Positions 1-13,440 of a stretch of DNA of 64,000 nt are shown here, piece by piece; the stretch's first letter is position 1, and every line of letters starts with the position of its first letter. The stretch covers positions 19,282,001-19,346,000 of the forward strand of contig CM097884.1 of NCBI GenBank assembly GCA_044892505.1, written 5' to 3'. The translations under genes were made by a program, and so were the position numbers. A model generated the notes under the pieces. That model was not told where the DNA came from and searched no databases. It was given only the letters and a program-made list of their open reading frames with translations. Origin of the DNA: Schmidtea nova. Its lineage: Eukaryota.

Positions 1-1918
1 CATTAAAAACGAAGCAGAATAAATTTTTTAAGCAAACAAAAATTAATTTTACTTTTCTGATCCATTTATTGATGAATTTCTTGATAAATTTCTTGAAAGC
101 ACACTCTTTTTGCCGTTGTCTTTGATCCTTTTTAGACTGAATTAGAAAATAAATTAAAAAATTTGTCATTGAAAACTTTAAATTACTTTGAACTTTTTAA
201 CGCCCAATGTTTTTCACTTCGTGACATAGGATTTATATATTTGCCATAGAAATAGTGTATCTTAATTACTAGACCACCATATTAAAACAATCAAACTGTA
301 AATATTTTCATTCTAAATCTTGATTTTAAATTTCAAAAACTATTAAATAATTATTTTGATATTTTATTATTTTAAAATATGAATTAAACCCATATCAATC
401 TTTTACCATACACTGTGCAACTATATTTTTCAGGAAAAAACAAGAAATCAGTTTTATTTAGTAAACAAATTTATCATAGGGTTTCTCATTTGAAATATTG
501 TATTGATATTTTATATTGCATGAATAACAAGAATAGGAAAAATAATTTTTAATGATGACTTTTTTAAAAAAATTTTAATTTAGTATATGTTGGGCTGACA
601 GAAGTAGTGCGTTATTACATATCGATTTGAAATTGACTTAATCCTTAGTAACCGCATACAAACATTGACAAACCATATTGTTACCAGTCACCTCGCAACG
701 TTGCTAATGTAACAAGCCGGCGGATATCCGCAAAAAGTAAGCTACAAGTAGGTCAGAACTACAATTGACCAGATATCGAGGTTAGGTCCAAGGACGGCAG
801 ATAGAAGGTATAATCCCATATTATCTGTTCCACAATATAGACAAAAAATAATCGTAAATAGCTTTCTCTATACTCGAAAATCATTTTGATTAAAGTAAAA
901 TTATCACGAGTGCTTCTTAATCTAATTCCCCCTTTTAATTATTTCATTTGAGTTCACCTTCGCTCAAAATACATTTGTAAAGAAAATATATTAAAATCAA
1001 AAAGTTCCAATTTTTATTTATTAACTAATTAACTACAATATTCAGCGACTCGCACGCAAACATTAATTTCATATAATGAGAATCTCATACATTCATAATC
1101 AATAAAATAACTCAATTTGTAACATTTCGACTATTGAGATAGAAAGGAAACTAAAAATTGACCTTAAATTACACAGTAATAATAACAAATACAGTATTTA
1201 ATAAGCTCACAAGAAAACGAGAAGCTAATCATTCAATTCAGCGTTAGATCTACTGCTAGTGCGTCTATTTCCGTGAGTATTTTCCTCTTCAATTGTCTCA
1301 ATAAACCGGCTTCATCCTAAATTAAGTTCGATAAACCATTAAAGATAAAGCACAATAGATATCTATGTACATGTATTACAAATAATAATAATAAATTGTA
1401 AATATTCCTATGCAGACGAAATTTCATTTCATTACTGCACTTACATCAACCTAAATATTGGTAATGCCAGGCCCGGATCCAATAAGTGCGGCCTGATTTG
1501 ATTTTTTTGTGAAGCCCTCTATATATTAAATATCTAAAGAAATGCAAATTCTATTGTTGGGCAAAAACTGAATTTTATTTAAATAACGCGGTATTACTGC
1601 ATGTATAGAACGCGCACGGAGTAAACTTAAAATATGATCGAGAAAAACACCAAGTAAAACAGTAATAACAGAACACATAAATAATCAATTAAAACACGTT
1701 TAAAAATTGAAATGAACAAAAGTGCAACAAATATACACATGAAAAACACTTATATAACATAAAAACATCAATTTGTAATAAAATAACAAACTAGGAAAAG
1801 TTAACATATTTTCGGGAGGAAATTTTCGATTTTTACGTTAAAACTCAGAAAAATATAAAAGAAAATTGTTTAGAGAAAATTTGACAAATTGAATTAAAAT
1901 AGAAAAACTTTGATTTAA

Positions 1919-2103
1919 CCTTTTGATTAGTAAGTTTTATTTTACAATGATACGTATCGTTTCATCTAGAGAGCTATATGCGACAAAGCGATACTTACTC
2001 ATTTACTCTAAAGTGCAATCGGCAGAAAACGTACCGGTACGTTCATACTCTGAGAAGTGCAGTCAGCCGTAAACGTACGGGTACTTTCATACTAATCAAA
2101 GGG
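1919..2103. mobile_element. piggyBac-type MITE
   Basis: TTAA on both sides (1915-1918, 2104-2107). TIR CCTTTTGATTAG vs CCCTTTGATTAG (11/12). Internal duplicated motif aacgtacc/gggtac(g/t)ttcatact. Confidence 0.75.
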
Positions 2104-3633
2104 TTAAAAATAAAATTTTGAATCAAAAATAAATTAATTAAAGTTCTATTAAAATTTTATACAAAAATAATAATTCAATCTTGCTTAAAATTATTAAAAG
2201 AATTTTAAAAGAATCGAAAATTCCTTTTAGAACAATTAGTTTTAATACATCAATGAAAATAACAGTCCAAAACAATTATATATACTGCCATAAAAATCAT
2301 TAAAATTCAGAATTTGCATATTGCCACTGGGTAAAATTTGAGAATTTGCTAAGAATTCACGAAGAATTTTGCTAAAGAATTGTAAGAGTATTTCGCTAAG
2401 AATTCTGCGGAAATTTTCTTGAGAAAAGAATTTTACCAAGAAATTGTAAAAGAATCCTTGACTACTAACCGGGAGAAACCGTGCAAGAAATCCACAGATA
2501 AATTATATACTGTACCACATCCGAATTTGAGCCTCTCGCTGAAAAAACAATCCGAAACAGGATGTAAGAGCTAGTTTCTTAATTTAATGCAAGACTTTCG
2601 AGATCATGTCCCTTGATCGTCCCATACCCAGTATTTTTGATTTGTGGTATTATTTATTCTTTGATTGATTTTATGAATAATTTATTTATTATGTGTTAAA
2701 AATTATATTTTGCTATTTAAATTTTTTATTATTTATGCTAGATCTATTTTATCAAGAATCAAAATTAGAAACCGGTCACATTTTTCCTCAAACAATGTTA
2801 AATTTAAGTCATGCACCATATAAATTATATAAATATGAACATTTATATTTTTGTTATATTAAAAATTCTTTCATACGAGCTATATGAGGAGTAGTGGCTT
2901 GGCCAAGTGCAAAGTTTTGTTCAAATTAAAATTATTCATATTGTAATATAGTAACTATTTTTATTTATACATAAATCTATTGAGTATTTACGATTACACA
3001 AAATGTTTATATAATTAAAGAAGCTGAACGATGTACATATCGCGTAATTCACCTTCTTCCACATGAACATCTTTTTATCTCATTCCGAAAGAAATTGCAA
3101 AGTCATCTGAAATTCGAATTTATAAAAATCGTCTCATTAGCAGCTCCAAAAGGAAAAGAAAATGTTTACATCATGTTGAATCATATAAATATCAATTGAT
3201 TTCATCTAGTAGAACCTCAATTATTACTAAAATTAATAATAAAAATTTATTTCATTCGAACTATAATTTCATGTATTTGAAATCTTCAAGTGAAGTGTCT
3301 CGAAAAATTCATGTACACTTTGCTTGGAGAATTCACATACGATCGGAATTTAATCTTTCTAAAAAAACCATTATTGAAAATAATACGATGTGAAAAGTTT
3401 TAGAATTGAATTATATTATGGAAAAAAGAAAACTTTCTAATCAAAAATTCTATTATTTTATAAAATTTTTAAATTTAAATGTATTCTGATTTATAAAGGA
3501 AAATTGTAAATTAAAAATTTTATTATGAATTTAATATGCTGAATTTACTATTAAAAAAGATATATTACGAAAAAAAATTCAAAATTCAACTAGTCTGGTA
3601 AAAATTACAAATCTGAAATTTTACATGATTGTA

Positions 3634-4416
3634 CAGGTAACCCTCGATTAACACGGTACTTGAATAACACGATTTCGCTTTAACACGGTTAAAATATCGC
3701 GGCACACCCTTGTCTAACACGATATTTTTTAGCACGGTTTTGATTTTACACGGCTTCAAAATTGATGAAAACCCTTAATTAACACGGTTTCAAAATTCAC
3801 ACTCAAATCATTAAGAGAAGGATTTGAGATTGCTAAAAAATTAGAAAACCATTTCCTTGACAATGATCCGTCAATGGACCGTAGTCTGAAAATTCAACGC
3901 GAGATAGAAAAATGCTTAGCTCCTTACCGAGAAGTCAAGAAAGAACTTTAAAAAAATCAAAAACAGGCTCTTCTCACTGATTTTATATCCATAATCCAGA
4001 AACCACAAGCGACTAATGAAGTGTCAGAAAATTATTCAAGTGATGAAGAAGCACCAGTAAAAATGAATCAGCCACACATTACACATTTTTTCAGAGATTT
4101 TGAGAGTGATGTTTAAGTTAAAAGTGATTATGATGGAATTTGTTAACTTCATCTATGATCAATTTAAATTATGCTATATTTTTATTTTGATATTTATGCA
4201 AAATGAATTAATTTATTTTACTATTCTTTGTTAAATTTTGATTTCAAGTCTGTTTGTATTTCAATCTTCTTTTTTTGTACTGGATGCATGAAAATAATAA
4301 AAACTATCAAAAACATAAATCATTTTTTAAATTTTTTGATAGTCTCGATTAACACGATTTTGATTAGCACGGAGTATTCTTGGAACCAAACTACCGTGTT
4401 AATCAAGGGTTACCTG
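3634..4416 (+). mobile_element. Internally deleted pogo/Tigger-like DNA transposon
   Basis: TA TSDs. 23-bp TIR CAGGTAACCC(T/C)TGATTAACACGG-type with 1 mismatch. Repeated AACACG(G/A) subterminal motifs. 3810-3990 reads ...KKLENHFLDNDPSMDRSLKIQREIEKCLAPYREVKKEL*KNQKQALLTDF, resembling a Tigger transposase C-terminus. Confidence 0.85.
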
Positions 4417-4495
4417 TATAATTTTTTATAGAACCCTAAATTTAATTCTATATTAATTTACTGCAAAAATTGTTTTATAAAATTTCTTAAAAATT

Positions 4496-4497
<2 letters not shown>

Positions 4498-4530
<33 letters not shown>
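4498..4530. repeat. (TA)n microsatellite
   Basis: Direct read. Confidence 0.95.
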
Positions 4531-4534
<4 letters not shown>

Positions 4535-4539
4535 ATTTC

Positions 4540-5700
4540 ATAAATTACCGTCTTAAACCTAATAGAATCCATAAAAATCTTATTTGCAAAACTATACACT
4601 CATACCACTCATTAATAACTACTCATATCTAATAGTATACACCAAATTGCATACATTCATAATTTCAGGTAAATTATCTCATTTCAGACATTAGCACCCA
4701 CTTATAGCATCGTACATCCAGAAAATTCATACCATATTAACTCATTCACATCCATCATTACACCTTCCATCACATTTAACCACATCTTCTACATTCAATC
4801 ACCATACTGAAAATTTTGTTATTAAACCTATAAAAAACTTATCAACTTGCAACAACTGCATCCGAGATCATCAATTCACTGTAAATCACAACATCTCTTG
4901 ATTTAAATACTTGCATATCATAACATCCATTAACATAATTTACTTATGTCACACAACATCCATTTTCACAAATTAATTTAATCCATCCAGTCATCCATCT
5001 GCATCCATATCTAATATAGCTCCGAGAATTTAACTTTTCATACATCCATTCAATTTACATAATCTCATTCATTAATATCTTACATACAGCTTGCTACACC
5101 CAGATAATCACTGTAAAAATCCCTCCATCTTGCGTTATAGTCAAGTCATTCACAACACCGGACAACATTAATAATGCTATTCGAAAAATATGACATCCTA
5201 CCAGGCAAACCAACATGATCATAACAAATAACTTCCCATCGAACTAACTTTCAACATTACAATAGTTAACATTTTTAACTCAACCACATTTTATTCATAA
5301 ATCACCTCACTCATCAAACTCCCATCAAAAATTCATTCATTCCTATTGTTAACTCGAATGAATCATTACAATGTGCACTACCTTATACACTTAATTATCC
5401 TATTTAGCAAATAATTATAAAATCCTTAAAAGTGTAATTTCCACATGAAATACTATCCATTACCCGAATGTAATTTAGGCACAAAATTTAATCCTCTGAG
5501 AAATTATCATCTATAAATTTTTTTTAATATAAAAACTTATTCATCATCTAGGTTACTACTCCATTTAATAAGTAATTGTCACAAAAATTGTAACTCAACA
5601 TAAAAATTTCCTTATCACACCGATCACATTCTAATTATTAACTATACAAACATATTTTGCATCAGAGGGTTATATCATGAATTCCGACCACGTAATTCGA
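4540..5700 (-). pseudogene. Highly decayed Cys-rich (EGF/laminin-EGF-like) coding relic
   Basis: Minus-strand fragments CDRCDK, CDGRCNDGCE, CENGCC, CKLNGC and YGC..TGW among many stops and frameshifts. Strong strand asymmetry. Confidence 0.35.
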
Positions 5701-6385
5701 TATAGGATTTTCAAAATTATTCCTTCTCTATCCCTAATGAATTTTTAAATTAAATCTCTACTTCTTCTGTATCAATCGCCCTTTTGTGAGATGTAGAAAA
5801 TTCAAGACGAATCAATTCAACAATTGGTAAATTCATTTATACATATGAGATGACTATAAGTAAATAAATCCGGACAAGTTACAGAAATATGAACCGCAAT
5901 CAACGTCTGACACTTAAATATTGCAATAGAAGTACAATATGATCTAGAGACATCCCGATTCACTGTGATGAACGATAAAACGATAAAGATTACTAATTAT
6001 TAATAAACATTCGATTCAAGGAAAAGAAAGACAAAATTATTTTACAAATTTTCATATAGATTACCAAACATATCACTTACAAGTTCTTAAAATAAAATAA
6101 ATGTTTCCCAGGTATAAAAATTCAATTCAAATTGAGGTCGACGCTGCAGATGCAATAGCACTCCTTAAAAAGTAAATATAAAAAGCATAAAAAATACCCA
6201 AATTGCTCGAACGGAAAATGAAAATAACAAACTAAAACGAGAAACTAAGAATCAATAATCATAATATGTAAATTACTTAGTGGCGTACCTAGGGGAGGGG
6301 CAGTGGGTGCGGTCCGCACTGGGCGGCACATATTTTGGGGCGGTTTTTTTTATATTTATAAAACCTTAGATTATACGGTTTAGAC

Positions 6386-6725
6386 CAGGGCTTCTTAAAC
6401 TTTTTTCATTCACGACCCCATTTATGATTGTGGATTTTTTTAGTGACCCCATATAAATATAAAATAAAAATATATAAATATTTTGTGATGATTTATTGAT
6501 GATTTATTGATTAGGTTTAAAATTTGTTTAGAAACACATTAAAATATAAAATTAAAAATTGAACATAAAATTGTAAAATTGTATTTACTATAGTTATAAA
6601 AATTATATGCTCTATTTTTCATCAAAATTTTAGTTTTGGTAATAAAACATTTAAATTTTATTTTAAATTCGTGTATTTAAATATTTTACATTTAAATCTC
6701 GCGACCTATAGTTTAAAAAGCCCTG
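6386..6725. mobile_element. hAT MITE nested in the hAT element
   Basis: 16-bp TIR CAGGGCTT(C/T)TTAAACT (15/16). 8-bp TSD GTTTAGAC/CTTTAGAC. Confidence 0.85.
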
Positions 6726-6959
6726 CTTTAGACTTTAGAACTATTAGTTCTATTATTTAAATTTAAACATATAATATAAACTGCTCAATTCTTATTACGT
6801 TCATATTAATTACTATTTATGAATTGTATTTTACTTGTGAATTAATATATAAAATATTTATAAAACCTATCGTTATAAGTTTTATAGCATTAATAACGGG
6901 GCCTATAACAGTTTTCCAAGTATTTTATAGAAAATTGTTCCCGCCCGAATCATAGAAAA

Positions 6960-8164
6960 CGGTATTCAATTAATTGTTTACATGTGATATGACCTCTGAT
7001 TTGATTTGTTTCTAAATATGTTAGCATATTTATTCTCTTGGCATGTTTACACGCAGCTTCTACTTCTATCGATTCCATAACAATTTTTGGAACTATCGAA
7101 CAGTTGTTTTTGTTTATTTCTTCCACATATCGATGGGATGTTTTACTTTCTGTCACTGGTCAATGGTTCAACGCAGTGTAGAAACTCGCTGGAGTGCTAG
7201 AGCAGAAGCAGTAACTATAGTAAAAAAACATTATTTTTACATTTTTAGCGCTTTGGAAAGATTAAAATTTGAAGAAGAAAATAGTAAGACGAGATCAGAT
7301 GCTGGAATATTACTAAATTCAATGCAATCTTTTTCTTTTCTATGTTATCTTATTTATGGGAACTCGTCCTTTTGGAAATTAATGACGCCCAAAATACTTG
7401 CAAATAAAAGAGTTAAATGTCCATTAATGCCATATGAGACTAAATTTTTTGCAAATCTGTTTCATGGAACAAAGAGATGCGCTAATACTAAACGCTATTA
7501 TAGTAGCTTAAACGATTTGTGAAGAGTTGAAGATATCGACTGAGCGTCGAGTTAGAAGGGGAAAAATATGAGTGGTGAAAATTTGCAAAACTTGGGGCTA
7601 TCCTTAGAACAAGAAGTACGAAGAGAAATGTTTTTATCTATGGATAGAATTATAAAGGAAATTAAAGAACGCTTTGATCAGTTGCATGTTCTTGTAAAAA
7701 AAATAGTCGTGTATAACACCATGCAACTTACTAAATGAAAAATTTGAATGTCAAATAAATGATTTTATTGACATTGATAAAGAACAGTTTTATATTGAAA
7801 GAAAATGGATCCAGGTTTCTTGGCTGTACCAGAACTAAAAGAATAAGTAAAATTTTTGAGAAATGCGGAGAAAGGCCCTCGTGATCTACTAAAGTTTATT
7901 CAATATTATAGATTGGAAAATTCTGTACCCAACATTATAATTTTGTTAAGAATAGTTTTAACAATTACCATCAGTGTCACTAGTTGTGAAAGGAGCTTCT
8001 CAAAATTGAAGTTGATTAAAAATTATCTTCGTTCCACAATGAGTGATTTAAGACTACAAAATCTTGCAATATCGTCCATAAAACAAGAAATTAAAAATAA
8101 TATAAATTTCGAGGGCATTATACACGATTTTTCTACTATGAAAGTTAGAAGAGTAAATTTCTAA
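6960..8164 (+). pseudogene. hAT transposase pseudogene with C-terminal dimerisation domain
   Basis: ETRWSARAEAV motif. ILLRIVLTITISVTSCERSFSKLKLIKNYLRSTMSDLRLQNLAI matches the hATC dimerisation domain. Frameshifts and stops. Confidence 0.9.
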
Positions 8165-10160
8165 ATATGGTTACATCCAAATATGTGTACAATTTGATTG
8201 TCTATCCAAAAGAAATTGAAATTTATTTATTTATAAATATAAAAAAGTTTTTAATGCAATTTCTTTGTAAATTAGGTATATGTTATGTCTCATAAGTGGC
8301 CTCCGTAAATTTCTTGTGGTCTTTAAAAAAGTATTTTGTTTTTTATAAAAGTTGTATAAATAGGTATATCAACTTATGCGGTCTCCATTTTTATTGCCTA
8401 ATTTAAATGTGGTATCCAATGATAAAAATGTTTCCCACCTATTGTGTGTTTATGTTTATTAATTTACACAAACCACCATTTCTTCCTATTTAATTGATTT
8501 AATAAAAGGGGAGCCGTCAACATTTCAACACCTAATACGATATTTAAAATAGAAACTTTTCATGTATTTGAATAATAAGGAAACTTAAGGGTTCAGAAAT
8601 TTTAGATTTTACTGTGACAACCGATGCCAAGGCCCCCTCAAAAGATTTAAAAATTCAAATATTAAATTTTTAATAAAAATGTTAAAATAATTTACAATGC
8701 AAGATAGATATTAGGTTTAGTATATAGATAGAGTTTTAACTAAATTTGTAACATACAAAATCCAGAAAGTGAAAATCATGGAGATAATAGTTAATCAGAA
8801 TAAAATAATAACTATCAAATATCCCCGAATTTACACCTTTTTACGGAGAACTAGCCCCGAATCGAGTAGTGCTACCAATTTAATAGTTAATGTTTGATAA
8901 GTATAATTGAGTATATGGATAAGAGGTGAAATTGAGATTTATTATTTATTTTTATGTGTTTTTTCAGTATTGGAATCCAAGATAGATCAGATGACGACAC
9001 AATTGACGGGAATGCACAGCAGCATGCAGCATCTGACAGCCCGCGTAACGGAGATGAAAGAGGAAAGAAGCTCCTATGTGTAGAGCTCTGAGTGATGACG
9101 GAGCGGATGGAAAAATTTCGCTCTCGGTGCCGGAAGGTGAAATCCACTTGGAGAAATGTGGAGGGCACCGAGAAGATGCAAAAGCAGATTTTAATGCTAC
9201 AGAGTCAGGCCGCTGAAGATGCGCTCCAAATGCGCGCGGTGAAGATGTCAGTGATTCTTTAATGTTAGAATGGGTCTGCGTTAGTAGTAAATGTTTTTCG
9301 ACTTCTAAACTTAACAAAGTTGTATTGAGTGCTATAATAGGTTTTATTGAGGTTAGATTTCCACGCAATAACAGCGTGAAGTTTTATTAGATGTTAACAT
9401 ATAATTCTAATTTATATTAGACTTTAATTGGAAAATACTAAGGTAAACTAAGTCCTTAAGAATTTTTTATGGATCTTAATTAAGTTTAAATTTTTATAAA
9501 ATAATGTAATAAGGAAATGATTCATAACAAAGGGGGTATGTATTTGTAATGAGTCATTTCTTTTGTCTCCAGGGCGCACACTATATTCTACTTATGAGGC
9601 TGGAATTCGATGTCGCGTCAAACGCGTTTATTGGGCAGTTTGAAAAATCCCCTATCCACTCGTAAACTCACAAAGACGTACCTGCATCCCAACAAGATGG
9701 AGTTACTCAGAGAGAGTTAACGACTCGGAAGGTCAAGAAGTAAAACAAACAAAAACAAAGATTAATTTCATTTTATTGTATGTACTAAATGTTCTCTTTC
9801 ATTGAGTATCCGTTGATAATCGAACAGCTTTATCCGACATCCTTACTTGCCATACCATAAATAACACGAACAACTGGGCAAATTCCGGTGCAGAATGTAA
9901 CTGATGAATTATCACAACAATCAAACTGACATATTTTGTATGATCAGAATGATGTCGTCTCTCCAAACAACTTTTAAATGGCGATCCGCCTCTGAATTAT
10001 ACTTTGCAACTGATGAAAAGTGTTATTCTTTTGCTTGATGCTTTTGTTAAGATTTCGAAAAGAATAATTAATTCTTCTTCGAGAAAATTTCTCTAAATTC
10101 TCAAAATTCTCAAAATTATTTAATTTTTATATATTTACAGCAAAGAATTTAAATTAAATA

Positions 10161-11289
10161 TGTTGAGGATACCTAAACAACAATTTACTAATAAATAAAT
10201 AAAATTACCTGGGGGAAAATCGTATGAGACGGCTAATGGGAACTCAGAAAATAAAACAGAAATATAAAGAAATCAGAAAGAGGAAAGAGGAATCAGACAA
10301 AAGAAATCGGACAAAAAACAAAAACAAAGGTCAGCACTAATTAATTAGTACAAAAGGAAAAGGAATTTCAAAATCTGAAAAAACAGAAATAACTACAACA
10401 ACAATATACTTATCTCGACAGCTTGTCAGAGATAACGGGAACAAAAATAAAACAGGCCGAAGCGACAAAAAGAAAAAAACAAAGTAGCCCGAGTGCCGAG
10501 CTGTCAAACGCAGCATGGGAGTTCTAAAAAGTATGGAAAATGCCAGAAGCAGAAATGAAAAAAGTAAGTGTCACGAGTGCCGAACTGTCAGGAGCAACAT
10601 GGGAGTTGCGGAGAAAAAATGGAAAATACCAGAGACAGGAGTGGCAAACGCAAAGTGCCACAAAGTGACGAGATATAAAAGGAGGAAGCACAGCAGAAGC
10701 AGTCAGAAATTTTAGGCAGAACATTTAAGAATTGTATACAGAAGTTGTGAGAGAGGAAAATTGTGGTAGACTAGATTTAGTGGAGAATTTGAAATTGACA
10801 AACAAAAAGATTGAAACCTGAACCAGAGGTAAATTAAAAGTTGACGTGGAAAATACGAAACAAGTTTGAAAAGCAAAAGGAGAAATTTGATATACCGAAA
10901 TAAAATTGTTTATTCAATCAGTTGCAGAAATAGAAATTGTGTTGCAAAGACAAAGGAAGCCAAGCAGACAAGAAGTTAAAAGGCCAAAGAATATTGAGTA
11001 AAGAATAAAGTCAAAGCTTGGAAACAATCGAAATCAATTACCTATATTTAATCCAAGTCAGTGGTTAGTAGTTGTTGTATTCTAGACATTATACTTCACG
11101 AAGTGTCTTAATAAGCTCGTATAATTGTCAAAAGAGGTATTGAATTGAGCGTGATATTTTGAATCGTGTAAATCATTGTAATAGTCAAATAAAGTTTGTT
11201 TTATTGAAAGTGTTATTGGGGGTCAATTAAATGCATGCTTTGGAGTCAGATAGTTGATAGCATTTCACCAAAAACCCCAGAACTCAACA
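10161..11289 (+). mobile_element. Solo LTR
   Basis: TGTTGAG...CTCAACA 7-bp terminal inverted repeat. 4-bp TSD AATA/AATA. Internal duplicated GAGTGCCGA(G/A)CTGTCA..CATGGGAGTT. TATA-like GATATAAAAGG near 10672. AATAAA near 11188. Confidence 0.8.
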
Positions 11290-11424
11290 AATATATAAAC
11301 TGGAATAAATTATAAAATATAATAAATTTAATAAAACTTTGAATAATATTGAAATTTTTGAATTAAAATTAAATTATTTAGAATTTATATTAAAATTTAA
11401 CATTAAATTAATAATTTGTTTTAA

Positions 11425-11666
11425 CCCTTTCGCGGACGCACTTTTTTAGTTGAGGTTCCCAGAACGTCACTTGCCACATCTTTTACACAATCTAATCCAA
11501 ACACAATCTAATTTTATTACCAAAAAAAATAATATGACTTTTCACTGTGACACTAAATGCACACAATTCATATGAACTCATATATTTTGTGGCGTGTATA
11601 GCCGTCATGATTTTATTAGCAAAATAATTTTTGACGTGTATACACTTTGCAATGTCCGCGAAAGGG
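11425..11666. mobile_element. piggyBac-type MITE
   Basis: Perfect 13-bp TIR CCCTTTCGCGGAC. TTAA TSDs at 11421-24 and 11667-70. Confidence 0.92.
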
Positions 11667-12009
11667 TTAAATTAAATTAAAAAAATTTTATTTTGAAAAT
11701 TTTAATTAAATTAAACTTAGAAATTTGTTTTAAGGTATCAATTTAAAATATATAGCGAAAATTTGTATAAATACCAGAGCTTTTTTGGCAATAAAACAAC
11801 CACAAACTCATTTTTTGAGATAATCTCGAAAAATGCAAACATTTTTTGGATTATTTTGATAATTGACTCTTACATTCGAGCAGTCGAGGGAACCAAATTC
11901 TAAAAGGGAAAAATTTCCATCAGTAGTCAATAATTACCTCACTTGAATTCTTGGAGGACTCAGATACCGTCTGTTGGGGTTATTAAAATTTACAGAAAAT
12001 AAATATTAA

Positions 12010-13440
12010 ATAGCACAAATCAATAAAAATACAAAAATTGGAAAAATAATAATTAATGTGAAAACATTAATTAAAAATTTATAAAAAATTAAAATAAAGT
12101 TTGAGCGGGGGAAATTGGTATGGGAGGATGCCTAATGATGAGACGAATTCGAATATGGGTATATAAAAATAAAAAGGGGTCCCCAGAAAGAAATATTTAG
12201 AAAATACAAATTACTCTATACAAATACTCTATACAAATTACTCTATACAAATACAAATTACTCTATAGGAAACCCGAGCTAATGGGAAACCCGAACTAGT
12301 AGGAAACCCGAGCGATATTGGAAACCCGAGGCATCAGCAATTCGATTAATTAAAACTAATGGAAAAACTGAAGGGTGCCCCGGGGAACAAAGCCGCAAAC
12401 CCATTTAGCGGCAACTTACAAATTAATTTTATAATTGACAGATCCATTAAAGCGTGACAGGAAAAATCAATAAAACACTATAAAAGGCAAGGCAAAACTG
12501 CAGTACTTGCCAGTTGGTCGAAGAAAAATCCAAGAGTTAAACGAGGAATCACCAATTGAAAGGAGGCTGAAACGTTAACAAGTGGTAAAGTGTTGATCGT
12601 TCAATTCCTTACGTACCAGAGTGCAGATAATATTAGAACTTTCTGTGAATTATATTGTTGTGGTATTGTTAAAAATAAAGTTTACTCTATTGGGTCTTAT
12701 TTGTTTTGTGAACGAAAGAACACCGGAGTCAGATACCAACCGACTTCTCAGTAATAACCCAACACGTCCAAATGTATAACAATATGATTTTGGCTGATTG
12801 CATGTTGGATCATACCCCAATGTGAAANNNNNNNNNNNNNNNNNNNNNNNNNNNNNNNNNNNNNNNNNNNNNNNNNNNNNNNNNNNNNNNNNNNNNNNNN
12901 NNNNNNNNNNNNNNNNNNNNNNNNNNNNNNNNNNNNNNNNNNNNNNNNNNNNNNNNNNNNNNNNNNNNNNNNNNNNNNNNNNNNNNNNNNNNNNNNNNTC
13001 AAATAAGCAGAAAATAAAATTAAAAGGCACAAAAGCTATGTGCAAATCAATAAAAATACAAAATTGGAAAAATTAAAATTAAAATGCAAACATTAATTAA
13101 AATTTACGAAAATTCTAAATAAAGATTTAGTGAAAGAAACGGGTATGTGACAGGCCAATTGAGGAGACGAATTCAAATATGATTATAAAAAATTAAAAAG
13201 GGGCCACAGAATATTAAGAAAAGACAAACTAATTAAAAATAGATAAATTACACATGGAAAATCCAAGTTAATGGGAAACCCGAACTAATTGGAAACTTGA
13301 GCTAATAGGAAACCCAAGTGTTGTAGGAAACCCGGGCATCAATAAACTCATGTAGTTAGATAAATAAATTGAATAATTGAAGGATGCCTCGGGAATAAGA
13401 CACAAATCAACATAGCGGCAAACTCCAAATTTATTTGTAC
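12010..13440. repeat. Two ~400-bp diverged direct repeats (~12020-12420, ~13030-13440), each with GGAAACCCGA x4 arrays, flanking a gapped unique segment
   Basis: Shared AAAATACAAAA-TTGGAAAAAT, GAGACGAATTC, GGAAACCC(G/A)A every ~20 nt, and TAGCGGCAA. The first copy also has AAATTACTCTATAC repeats. Confidence 0.7.

Larger units (their letters stand above)
6278..8880 (+). mobile_element. Decayed hAT transposon (ZMYM1-like hATC transposase); right end uncertain
   Basis: Left end TAGTGGCGTACCTAGGGGAGGGG is typical of hATs. Transposase fragments inside. No clear right TIR. Confidence 0.6.

Noticed and set aside
12130-12165. AATGATGAGACGAATTCGAATATGG (and the 13160 copy) as a hammerhead
   Set aside because: The core differs in both copies, stem II is only 2 bp and there is no convincing stem I.
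12268-12332. Regularly spaced GGAAACCCGA repeats as a CRISPR-like array
   Set aside because: The repeat is only 10 bp with ~10-bp related spacers, the context is eukaryotic and there are no cas genes.
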